From: Gammaproteobacteria bacterium
GTDB taxonomy: Bacteria > Pseudomonadota > Gammaproteobacteria > GCA-001735895
Direction of reading: 5' to 3'
Length of the DNA stretch: 64,000 bases
Assembly (NCBI GenBank): GCA_024225395.1
Contig: JAAEMR010000105.1
Span: forward strand, 5,562 to 69,561
Shown: piece by piece, positions 55,398 through 64,000 of the stretch
Numbering within the stretch: the first letter of the stretch is position 1
Layout of the letters: every line of letters begins with the position of its first letter
The notes under the pieces: model-generated
Database searches by the model: none
The model's input: only the letters and a program-made list of their open reading frames with translations
Told to the model about the DNA's origin: nothing
Program-made: the position numbers and the translations under genes

Positions 55398-57263
55398 ATG
55401 GCATTACTTCAAATTTCAGAACCGGGGCAAACAACGGCTCCTCATCAGCGCAACTACGCCGCAGGTATAGATCTAGGTACAACTAATTCACTGGTTGCTA
55501 TTAACCGCAGTGGACAGGTAGAAACCCTTCCAGATAATGATAATAACCACTTATTACCTTCGGTTGTTCATTATGCTGAAAATGACATTATTGTGGGCCA
55601 TGCTGCCCAGAATTTACAGGCTGCTGACCCGCTGAACACCTTATCTTCGGTCAAAAGAATTATGGGTCGTGGCATTGAAGACGTAAAAAGCCTGGGAAAT
55701 GTACTTCCCTATGAATTTGATGGTAACAATGATTCGGCTGTACCACGCATTATGACTCGCCAGAAAAGTGTCAGTGCTATTGAAGTTTCAGCAGAAATTT
55801 TGAGTGTTTTATCCAATCGAGCTGAACAGACCATGGGTGAAGCTTTATCCGGTGTGGTAATTACCGTTCCTGCCTATTTTGATGATGCCCAACGTCAGGC
55901 TACCCGTGATGCCGCGAAACTTGCGGACTTAAATGTCTACCGATTATTAAATGAACCCACTGCCGCTGCAGTTGCTTACGGACTCGATCAGCAGGCTGAG
56001 GGCATGATTGCAGTTTATGACCTGGGTGGCGGTACGTTTGATATTTCTATTCTTAATTTAACCAGGGGCGTTTTCGAAGTTTTAGCGACTGGTGGTAACA
56101 GTTCTCTGGGCGGTGATGATATGGATCATGCCATTGCCGAGTGGCTTATTGAGCAGGCTGAAATAAAGGCTATTGATGCTAAGGTGATACGAAACCTTCT
56201 TATCGCTTCGCGCAAAGCCAAAGAAGATCTGACACAGCAGGAATCAACACTAATTGATCTTCCACAGCTGGGTTTTTCATTGACGCTGGATAGAACTCAG
56301 TTTAATCATTTAGTTGAAGATCTGGTTAATAAAACCCTGATGTCCTGCCGACGTGCTTTACGCGATGCAAAAATTGAGAAAGAAGAGATCAATAATGTCG
56401 TGATGGTGGGTGGATCAACTCGCGTACCGCTGGTGGTTGATCAGGTGGGTAAGTTTTTTAATTGCACTCCGCTGACCGACCTGGATCCAGATCGTGTTGT
56501 CGCTATCGGAGCCGCCTTGCAGGCCGATGTGCTTGCCGGTAATAAACCCGATCAGGAATTGCTACTACTTGATGTGCTGCCACTTTCATTATGCATTGAA
56601 ACCATGGGTGGTTTAAGCGAAAAAATTATCTCGCGTAATACTCCTATACCCGTTGCCAGGGCGCAGGAATTTACCACCTTCAAAGATGGCCAGACAGCGA
56701 TGGCAATTCATGTGGTTCAGGGTGAAAGAGAGCTGGTTTCAGATTGTCGTTCACTGGCGCACTTCGAACTGCGTGGCATTCCTCCGATGACTGCTGGCGC
56801 TGCACGCATCAAGGTGACTTATCAGGTGGATGCGGACGGATTGATGTCTGTCATGGCAGAAGAGTTAAGCAGCGGGGTCAAAGCCGATATTGTGATCAAG
56901 CCTTCTTATGGTTTGACCGATGGTGAAATAGAAACCATGTTGCGTGATTCGATGAGTCATGCAAAAGAGGATATTGATGCCAGGATGCGGGCGGAACAGC
57001 AGGTTGAAGCTCAAAGAGTTATTGAAGCTATCGATTCAGCACTGACTAAAGATGGTCATGATCTGCTGAATGACAATGAGTTTAAGGCGATTACTGTCGC
57101 CAGAAACGAGTTGGAGAAAGTGCTTCAGTCAGCCACTACGGAAGAGTTAAAGGTTGCGATTAAATCTATTGAAGTCATTAGTGAAGAATACGTGGCTAAA
57201 CGAATGAATGCGAGTGTGCAAAAAGTACTCTCGGGTAAAAATATTAACGAGGTAGAGGTTTAA
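55398..57263 (+). CDS. hscA: Fe-S chaperone HscA (Hsp70)
   Basis: [42 protein letters not shown]. Confidence 0.95.
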   Translation: MALLQISEPGQTTAPHQRNYAAGIDLGTTNSLVAINRSGQVETLPDNDNNHLLPSVVHYAENDIIVGHAAQNLQAADPLNTLSSVKRIMGRGIEDVKSLGNVLPYEFDGNNDSAVPRIMTRQKSVSAIEVSAEILSVLSNRAEQTMGEALSGVVITVPAYFDDAQRQATRDAAKLADLNVYRLLNEPTAAAVAYGLDQQAEGMIAVYDLGGGTFDISILNLTRGVFEVLATGGNSSLGGDDMDHAIAEWLIEQAEIKAIDAKVIRNLLIASRKAKEDLTQQESTLIDLPQLGFSLTLDRTQFNHLVEDLVNKTLMSCRRALRDAKIEKEEINNVVMVGGSTRVPLVVDQVGKFFNCTPLTDLDPDRVVAIGAALQADVLAGNKPDQELLLLDVLPLSLCIETMGGLSEKIISRNTPIPVARAQEFTTFKDGQTAMAIHVVQGERELVSDCRSLAHFELRGIPPMTAGAARIKVTYQVDADGLMSVMAEELSSGVKADIVIKPSYGLTDGEIETMLRDSMSHAKEDIDARMRAEQQVEAQRVIEAIDSALTKDGHDLLNDNEFKAITVARNELEKVLQSATTEELKVAIKSIEVISEEYVAKRMNASVQKVLSGKNINEVEV

Positions 57264-57264
57264 C

Positions 57265-57603
57265 ATGCCCCAGATAATTGTTCTTCCCCATGAAGAAATT
57301 TGCCCGGAAGGGGCTGTCTTAAATGCAGAGCAGGGAATCAGCATTTGTGATGCTTTGTTGGAAAACGGTATTGAAATTGAACATGCCTGCGAAAAATCCT
57401 GCGCCTGTACCACCTGTCACGTTATTGTTCGTGAGGGATTCGACTCTTTGGAAGAGTCGGATGAAAATGAAGATGATTACCTGGACAAAGCCTGGGGACT
57501 GGAGCCTGAATCAAGACTAAGTTGTCAGGCCATGCTCGCTGCAGAAGATCTGGTTATTGAAATACCGAAATATACGATCAATATGGTGTCTGAGCACCAC
57601 TAG
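57265..57603 (+). CDS. fdx: ISC [2Fe-2S] ferredoxin
   Basis: IEHACEKSCACTTCH ... SRLSCQ. Confidence 0.95.
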   Translation: MPQIIVLPHEEICPEGAVLNAEQGISICDALLENGIEIEHACEKSCACTTCHVIVREGFDSLEESDENEDDYLDKAWGLEPESRLSCQAMLAAEDLVIEIPKYTINMVSEHH

Positions 57604-59941
57604 GTTGCTGCTGACTATAGGGTTTATTATAATCAGACGGACTCTTCAAAGATGTCATATAACTGGAGCAATATTGCTCCAGCTCAGAATATTGAATGCC
57701 TTTTGAATAAAAATATCCCTGCTGGATATCACAGTTAAAATCTGAAAGTAGCTCCCCTTGCTCCAGTGATTCAATTCCTTCAGCCACTATTTTTAATCCA
57801 AGATTTTTGGCAATATTCAAGATGTTTATAACCATTGATCTATCCTGGTGGTTATCCACTATGTGATCAATAAAGCTCTTGTCAATTTTCAGCTCGTCGA
57901 TGGGCAGTTTCTTTAACATACTTAAGGATGAGAAACCGGTACCAAAATCATCCAGAGAAATTTTAATTCCTAAGGCTCTTATTTCCTGAAACAGAGGCAG
58001 CATATATTCAAAATCATCGATGAAAATGCTTTCTGTGATTTCCAGGGTTAGCTGTTTCGATGGAAATTTATGAGTGACTAGCGAAGATTTCAACCTGTCG
58101 AGAAAACCTAGCTCCAGGAATTGTCTTACAGAAATATTGATAGAAAGCTGAAGATCGTAATTGTCATTCGTGTTGCTAAGCCGGGCAATGTCCTGAATTG
58201 ACTGGTCGATAATAAAATGTCCCAGTTCGAGAATGAAACCGCTATCTTCAGCGATGGGAATGAATTTATCCGGAGGAATGAAACCCTGTTCAGGATTATT
58301 CCAGCGTATCAGGGATTCAACGCCATACAGGGCTCCTTTACTGGCAATTTGTGGTTGATAAACCATGTGAAACTCATGTTGTCTTAGCCCGGTATGTAAT
58401 GCCTGCTCGATTTGGGATTTAAAGGAAATTTGATCCTTGAGCTCATTGGTGAAAATGAAATAATTGTTTTTGTTACTTTTTGCCCGGTACATGGCAGTAT
58501 CCGCAGCACTGAACAAACTGTCAAAATTATCTCCATCTGACGGATAACGGCAAATACCAATGCTGGCACCAATAGTAAATTTGTAATTATCAACCTTATA
58601 AGGTTTTGAAATTCGCTGTAAAACTTTTGAAGCAATTTGATTCAGGTCCTGTTGATCCGTTTTTCTACACAGAATGATAAATTCATCACCTCCCTGTCTA
58701 CATACAAGACTTTTTTCACTGAAGAGTAACAGCAATCGACCGGCTACCTGTTTCAGTATCATGTCTCCATAATTATGACCGTAGCTATCGTTAATATTTT
58801 TAAAGTTATCAAGATCTATAAACAGGACGCTAAAGGGTTCAGCATTATCATGCACCCATTCAGGTTCAACATATTTAAGGTATAGGCAGTTGCTTAAACC
58901 CGTCAAAAAATCATGATTTGCCTGATTGATCAGCTGTTGACGTTTGGACCGTTCAGCCTTGTTGATGTACCTGAAAAGAATAAAAATAATGCTGAAAACA
59001 AAGATGAAAATCAAAATATATTGAATAGCTGATGTGATGAGCTGGTTAACTAACAGTTCCCGGGGCAAGTGGGTTAATGACCATAGTTGATAACCCGGAA
59101 TATAAGACAGCGAGTACAATTTGCTTTTACCGTCTGCTCCCGGAGCAAAATATTCAGCAGAGTTTAAATTAACTCTAAGGTTGGACATTGATTCGCCAAG
59201 TTGCTGCTTTAATGATAGCTGGTGTTGCTCAATAAAATCACTGGATACTGGCAAACTGATAATATTTTTTATCGAGTCGGTATTGCTTATTCCACTGATG
59301 TAAGCATAAAAATAACTATTGTCATGAATGAGCATGGATTGATATGGAGTATTTTCCTGTTGCCTGTTCAGCTGGTTAAGACTGGGCAGTAACTCTTTTG
59401 GCTTTATGCCGGCAGTCATGACACCCATGAGCTTATTCTCTTCATCACGAATAGCCTTTCGAATAGGGATTACCCAGCTATTCAGGGCACCCAGAAAATA
59501 GGTTTTACCTAATATCATTCTTTGGCTATCCAGAGTTCTGAGGAATGACTCTCTACTGTCAGGGCTTTGTTTTAAACTTGGCATCTTGTTCAAATTTATA
59601 TTAGAACTGGCTTCTATTATCTTGCCGTCAACATTAGATAGCCCCAGGCCAACTAACGAAGAGTTTTGTTTTAATAGTTGGTCAAGAATACTGGTTTTTT
59701 CTGTTGCATCTACAGGGAGTTTTTTTTGGGTCAATTGCTGGCCTAATAATTCCAGCATAATTTCCTGCTGATCAAAGGTAGAAGTGATTGAAGACGAGAA
59801 AATTTTATTTAGATAGGATAATTCTTCACCAGTCTTAGTCTGAATATTACTCCAGAATGAATAAATGGTTGATACAAGAAATATTAAACCGGTAAACAGT
59901 AAGATATAAAAAATGAGCCAGATGTTTTTTTTAAGAAACAT
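57578..59941 (-). CDS. Membrane-bound Cache-GGDEF-EAL diguanylate cyclase/phosphodiesterase
   Basis: Two TM segments with a periplasmic domain; DLDNFK, GGDEF, ESLIRW, DDFGTGFSSL, KIDKSF. Confidence 0.9.
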   Translation of the reverse strand: MFLKKNIWLIFYILLFTGLIFLVSTIYSFWSNIQTKTGEELSYLNKIFSSSITSTFDQQEIMLELLGQQLTQKKLPVDATEKTSILDQLLKQNSSLVGLGLSNVDGKIIEASSNINLNKMPSLKQSPDSRESFLRTLDSQRMILGKTYFLGALNSWVIPIRKAIRDEENKLMGVMTAGIKPKELLPSLNQLNRQQENTPYQSMLIHDNSYFYAYISGISNTDSIKNIISLPVSSDFIEQHQLSLKQQLGESMSNLRVNLNSAEYFAPGADGKSKLYSLSYIPGYQLWSLTHLPRELLVNQLITSAIQYILIFIFVFSIIFILFRYINKAERSKRQQLINQANHDFLTGLSNCLYLKYVEPEWVHDNAEPFSVLFIDLDNFKNINDSYGHNYGDMILKQVAGRLLLLFSEKSLVCRQGGDEFIILCRKTDQQDLNQIASKVLQRISKPYKVDNYKFTIGASIGICRYPSDGDNFDSLFSAADTAMYRAKSNKNNYFIFTNELKDQISFKSQIEQALHTGLRQHEFHMVYQPQIASKGALYGVESLIRWNNPEQGFIPPDKFIPIAEDSGFILELGHFIIDQSIQDIARLSNTNDNYDLQLSINISVRQFLELGFLDRLKSSLVTHKFPSKQLTLEITESIFIDDFEYMLPLFQEIRALGIKISLDDFGTGFSSLSMLKKLPIDELKIDKSFIDHIVDNHQDRSMVINILNIAKNLGLKIVAEGIESLEQGELLSDFNCDIQQGYFYSKGIQYSELEQYCSSYMTSLKSPSDYNKPYSQQQPSGAQTPY

Positions 59942-60082
59942 TATTTAAATATTGATAAGTGATAAATTATTATTTATTGAATAGATACATAAGTTTTTTA
60001 CACAACATAATCTAAGCATAGTTGGTAAATAACAAATTGATTGGTTTATACTCGGTAAATAGTTAACTAATGAAGAGTAGAC

Positions 60083-60283
60083 ATGAGTTTAAAGTGGACA
60101 GATGTTTTAGATATTGCCATTGAACTGGAAGAAACCCACCCGGATGTAGATCCACAATACGTGCGTTTTACTGATCTGCATGACTGGGTTTGTGCACTCG
60201 AGGATTTTGATGACGATCCGGAACATTCTAATGAAAAAATTCTGGAAGCTATCCAGATGAACTGGATAGATGAACACGATTAG
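60083..60283 (+). CDS. iscX: Fe-S assembly protein IscX
   Basis: LKWTD..DIA..L...HPDVDP..VRFTDLH.W...[14 protein letters not shown]. Confidence 0.92.
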   Translation: MSLKWTDVLDIAIELEETHPDVDPQYVRFTDLHDWVCALEDFDDDPEHSNEKILEAIQMNWIDEHD

Positions 60284-60302
60284 GTTAGTTTCAGGATTAG
60301 CT

Positions 60303-61577
60303 TTACTCTTTATCAGCCCAAACCACATAAACAGGATCTGAGTGCAGTAATTTATGAGCTAGCCTGTCATCCTCTGGCCGGAACAGTCCACGTTTGGAGT
60401 AACTGTTGAAGTTACCGAACCCACCACTTGCACGAAGATACGACAGTACAATTGCAGGGCGCTCAAACTCATGTGCTCCTGTCCACAGCTGAATCGCTTT
60501 CTGTGGAAATGAGCGATTACTAAAACTGATAATGACACGGCCAGAAGGTTTTAACACCCGTTTGATTTCCGCAAATATTAATTCAGGATTGATCACGTAC
60601 TCAATAGCAGCATGAATCAATACAATATCGAATTGATCGCTTTGAAAAGGCAAACTGCTGATGCTATTTACATCAACGCAAAAACGCTGATTACAACTTG
60701 AATTTTGTTCCATTTCAGCATCATTTAATCCTGCGCAGGTAATGCTGTTGACATCAATTTCTGCTTCCTGCAGGGGGCTGTGTGCACCTGCCATTAAATC
60801 CAGTACCTGTGCCTGGTCAGGGATCAGGGTTTCATACAGGTCTGATACTTGCCGCAGAGCTGTGCTATCCCAGAATGGGGTAAAATCGGGCTGTTTAAAA
60901 AATAATGCATCATCTTCCGAATCAACTCGGCTAAAAGGGTTGCTGCTTAAAAAGTCAGTCTCTGCATCGCTTAGAATATCCTGCATACCCGGTCCCTGAT
61001 CACAGGCAATGGAAGTAATATCATTACAACGTCCGCCACGTTCAGCAGCAGCTGTTTTGATGGAGTCAATTTGCATGATCATTTCGAAATCCTTGCCTGA
61101 CAGAGGGTGATTTAAATCGACAGAAATCCTGTTCTCTTCAACTGAAGTGACTCTGCAGGGAAATTTATTCCCTTCATAAATACCTTCTACACCGGTAAAA
61201 AAATCTTTTGGATAATATCGTCCGGTTAACGGCAGTATGGGCTCGAAACCTTTTCTGGGTGGTTGAAACTGGTTTTTTAATACGGAATGCTTTTGACTGG
61301 ATAAACTGTTTTCTATCAAATCTCCTGCTGAATATTTTTGAGTGATCTTGTCACCGCTGGTTTTACCCGGTAGTTTTGATTCAATTTCAGCAGGTAGATA
61401 GTCTCTCCACAAATTTATAGCTGGTATAAAACTCCAGTCAGTGAACTGGCAATCCTGACCTTGCCATTTAATGCCCACATGGGCAGAGAAGATACTGTTT
61501 TTCTGTATGCTATCCTGCTCAGGTTCCGACTTTTTTGTGTCGTCATGAAGCTGTGCGTCAGGTTCAATGATGGGCAT
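60303..61577 (-). CDS. Class I SAM-dependent methyltransferase with an N-terminal SlyD/FKBP-like region
   Basis: VDLNHPLSGK (SlyD-like) in the N-terminal half; VLDLMAG, LPFQSDQFD, RVLKPSG, SFSNR.FP.KA in the C-terminal half. Confidence 0.75.
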   Translation of the reverse strand: MPIIEPDAQLHDDTKKSEPEQDSIQKNSIFSAHVGIKWQGQDCQFTDWSFIPAINLWRDYLPAEIESKLPGKTSGDKITQKYSAGDLIENSLSSQKHSVLKNQFQPPRKGFEPILPLTGRYYPKDFFTGVEGIYEGNKFPCRVTSVEENRISVDLNHPLSGKDFEMIMQIDSIKTAAAERGGRCNDITSIACDQGPGMQDILSDAETDFLSSNPFSRVDSEDDALFFKQPDFTPFWDSTALRQVSDLYETLIPDQAQVLDLMAGAHSPLQEAEIDVNSITCAGLNDAEMEQNSSCNQRFCVDVNSISSLPFQSDQFDIVLIHAAIEYVINPELIFAEIKRVLKPSGRVIISFSNRSFPQKAIQLWTGAHEFERPAIVLSYLRASGGFGNFNSYSKRGLFRPEDDRLAHKLLHSDPVYVVWADKE

Positions 61578-61728
61578 CTTTTATATTCCAGATTAAAAAG
61601 CGTATTTTACCTGATGTTTAAACCGTCTAGACCCTATTTTGTCTGGGCGATTTGTTATATATCTCAGTTTTTTATAATAAATCTTCTCAAAACTGGCATT
61701 AATTCAATAATAGATCTATAACAACATA

Positions 61729-62439
61729 ATGCCTACACAACGAATTATAGTCAGCAACGCTAAAGGAGGTTGCGGGAAAACCACGATAGCCACGACTATC
61801 GCTTCTTATTATGCGTCTACAGGAAAACGAGTTCTGCTATTTGACTATGATACTCAGGGTTCAGCGATTCATTGGAAAAAACGAAGGTCAGAACAGTTTA
61901 CTGATATCAATGTTGTTGACGCGGCTCGTCGACCAGATAACCACATGACTCGATCATGGCAAATGCGGGTTCCTCCTGATACTGATACGGTGGTGATAGA
62001 TACCGCAGCGGGTATAAATGGTACAGAGTTGGCCGGTATGTTACAGCAGAACGATATAGTGGTGATTCCGGTTCTACCTTCACCCATTGATATTCAGGCC
62101 ACTGCTTATTTTATCAAAGATATATTATTAATAGGTAAAGCACGAAAAAAACAGATTCGAATTGCTGTAGTTGCCAACCGGGTTCGAAAAAATACCTTGA
62201 TGTATCTTTCTCTGGAACGATTTTTATATACTCTAAATCTACCTTTCATCAGTAGTTTTAGAGATACTCAGTTTTACAATAAAGCAATTGAAAAGGGGAT
62301 CGGTATCCTTGATATTAAAACGGCCAAAAATCGTATCGACCATGAGCAGTGGGCTCCACTGATCCGTTGGCTGGATATACCTTCTGAGAAATTAGAAGCA
62401 CAAATACGACCGTTATTTGGCGAAGAAGTTTCTTCCTGA
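61729..62439 (+). CDS. Orphan ParA/CbiA-family ATPase
   Basis: NAKGGCGKTT deviant Walker A, DYDTQGS, VIDTAAG, PVLPSPID. Confidence 0.85.
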   Translation: MPTQRIIVSNAKGGCGKTTIATTIASYYASTGKRVLLFDYDTQGSAIHWKKRRSEQFTDINVVDAARRPDNHMTRSWQMRVPPDTDTVVIDTAAGINGTELAGMLQQNDIVVIPVLPSPIDIQATAYFIKDILLIGKARKKQIRIAVVANRVRKNTLMYLSLERFLYTLNLPFISSFRDTQFYNKAIEKGIGILDIKTAKNRIDHEQWAPLIRWLDIPSEKLEAQIRPLFGEEVSS

Positions 62440-62515
62440 GTGATCCAAATAATCACACTAAAATAAATCAAGTCTATGATATGATCGGCAAAATTTTTTT
62501 TACCGATAGATTCTC

Positions 62516-63091
62516 ATGACATTTAAAATTATACGACCTTTTATAGCTCTTCTTTTTCTGCTTCCAGTAGTGGCTGAAGCCAACGACTTCGAAGCTGCTT
62601 TGAGCTCTGAAACTGCTCAGTTTACATTTCATTCGGATTCCAGCCTTATTGGTTGGGGTGGTGCTGAACTAGGCTTGGGAGTTTTCTATAATGATGATAG
62701 TGACTTTGTGGGTCAGTTAAGCATTATGCAACGTCGACAGGCATCTCAGGATATGCCTTTGACATTAGGTGTTGGTGTAAATACTTATCTGGGTATGCTG
62801 GACGATGATGAACAGGATATTTTTGCCGTAGCCATTAGTGGAGAAGTGCGTTACACCTTTCCCGGTGTGATGCCAATGTCGTTATATTTTACGGGTCACT
62901 ACGCACCAAAAATAACCAGTTTTTCAGATGCAGAAGAAATTCTCGATACCAATCTGGGTTTTCAGATTGAAGTTTTGCCTCAGACCATAGCTTTTGTTGG
63001 ACTAAGAAGTTTCAAGGTGGATGCGAATAATGGGAAAAGTCACGATATGGACGATGATCGTTTGCATATCGGCGTTCGTTTAACCTTCTAA
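62516..63091 (+). CDS. YfaZ-family outer membrane beta-barrel protein
   Basis: Signal peptide, YAPKITSFSDA motif, C-terminal GVRLTF. Confidence 0.75.
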   Translation: MTFKIIRPFIALLFLLPVVAEANDFEAALSSETAQFTFHSDSSLIGWGGAELGLGVFYNDDSDFVGQLSIMQRRQASQDMPLTLGVGVNTYLGMLDDDEQDIFAVAISGEVRYTFPGVMPMSLYFTGHYAPKITSFSDAEEILDTNLGFQIEVLPQTIAFVGLRSFKVDANNGKSHDMDDDRLHIGVRLTF

Positions 63092-63133
63092 ATCAGTAAC
63101 TACTCAGCGTAATTTAAAAAAGTTAAAAGGATA

Positions 63134-63263
63134 TCACCACGAAGGGCACGAAGGTTGATCATTATGTGGCATAAATTTTCAAAACTATGGCAATGACCTG
63201 GTTATCCAGCTACCTTTTAACGTGTCTTTTTTTCTTCGTGAGCTTCGTGCTCTTAATGGTAAA
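63134..63263. repeat. Intergenic inverted-repeat element with 9-nt periodic arms (copy C, CACGAAG variant)
   Basis: TCACCACGAAGGGCACGAAG ... CTTCGTGAGCTTCGTGCTCTTAATGGTAAA. Confidence 0.55.
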
Positions 63264-63357
63264 AATCTTTCTAAGTAATCGAATATTGAAACTCGATGAG
63301 TAGACACCTGGTTCATAGGTTTACCTACCCGGTCAGGACTCGAGGGTAGCTTCAGAA

Positions 63358-63999
63358 TTATTGACCGATAAATAAATCAGGATCCACCCAGGTTCCATTG
63401 AGTCCCACGCTCCAGTGAAGATGGGGCCCTGTGACACGTCCTGTCGCACCTACAGTACCAATAATCTGACCTTTCTCTACCTTGTCGCCAACCTTGACAT
63501 CAATCGTATTTAAATGCGCATAGAGGGTGATTAAGCCCTGGCCGTGGTGAATATAAACCAGGTTTCCGCTAAAGAAAAAATCACCACTTTCTATGACGGT
63601 TCCATCTGCGGGGCTGGCAATTGGAACACCTGTGTCAGCAGCGATGTCCATGCCACTGTGTGGTCGTTTGGGTTGACCGTTAAATACGCGTCGTCTTCCA
63701 TAACTGCCGGTCATGATTCCTTCTACCGGGGTTAGGAAATTTACATCAGCCGAACTGTTATCCCAAAATTTAGCGGCTTTCTTTTTTCTTTTCTGTTCAG
63801 GAATAATGCGATCCATATCCTGTTTGATCGGGTTCACTTTGCGCTTATCCTTGATGGTGATGTGTTGTGTTGTGTATTCTTTATCTGTCACCGTAAAAAA
63901 CTTTTTAACCAGTTGTTTTTTATTGCCATAATATCCGCTAATGAAATGTTCACCCGGTTTTAAGCTAAGTGAAAGACCGACAACAGCAATTGTTTTTTC
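63358..63999 (-). CDS. M23 family metallopeptidase, 5'-truncated by the right edge
   Basis: HSGMDIA, HGQGLITLYAHL, TGPHLH. The frame stays open upstream of 63891 to the window end (EKTIAVVGLSLSLKPGEHF...). Confidence 0.9.
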   Translation of the reverse strand, partial: EKTIAVVGLSLSLKPGEHFISGYYGNKKQLVKKFFTVTDKEYTTQHITIKDKRKVNPIKQDMDRIIPEQKRKKKAAKFWDNSSADVNFLTPVEGIMTGSYGRRRVFNGQPKRPHSGMDIAADTGVPIASPADGTVIESGDFFFSGNLVYIHHGQGLITLYAHLNTIDVKVGDKVEKGQIIGTVGATGRVTGPHLHWSVGLNGTWVDPDLFIGQ

Positions 64000-64000
64000 G

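Overview
About 64 kb of moderately AT-rich chromosome, most likely from a chemolithoautotrophic, probably sulfur-oxidising gammaproteobacterium (inferred from form IA RuBisCO with cbbQO/cbbR, an isc cluster and a YfaZ gene). From left to right it holds: (1) an Mrp-antiporter/complex-I-like operon with the gene order and NuoB signature of the Mbx/MBS sulfane-sulfur reductase, cut at the left edge; (2) DUF2130 and an M3 peptidase; (3) a porC-A-B 2-oxoacid oxidoreductase with a GltD/ferredoxin fusion; (4) napF-like, nine-haem CbcL-like c/b cytochrome, dihaem c4 and ankyrin genes; (5) a ~19 kb sigma54 divergon; (6) a cbbR/cbbLS/cbbQO/aldolase Calvin-cycle cluster; (7) a Spy/CpxP-like gene with a two-component system; (8) a reduced isc cluster without iscU, with a ligand-poor IscR and a GGDEF-EAL gene inserted; (9) methyltransferase, ParA-like, YfaZ and a partial M23 peptidase. 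The divergon is the most striking system. Its right arm encodes two unannotated small membrane proteins, a CydA-like protein with no CydB, and di- and tri-haem cytochromes. Its left arm encodes a HEAT-repeat protein, a cupredoxin-like protein, a small membrane protein, a USP protein with five PCP_red repeats, a radical SAM/SPASM enzyme with a PCP_red tail, HemY, a sensor kinase and an NtrC-type activator. Back-to-back -24/-12 promoters, IHF boxes and repeated enhancer sites are visible between the arms. No rRNA, tRNA, CRISPR array or transposase was seen. All family assignments come from motif recognition by eye, with no database search.
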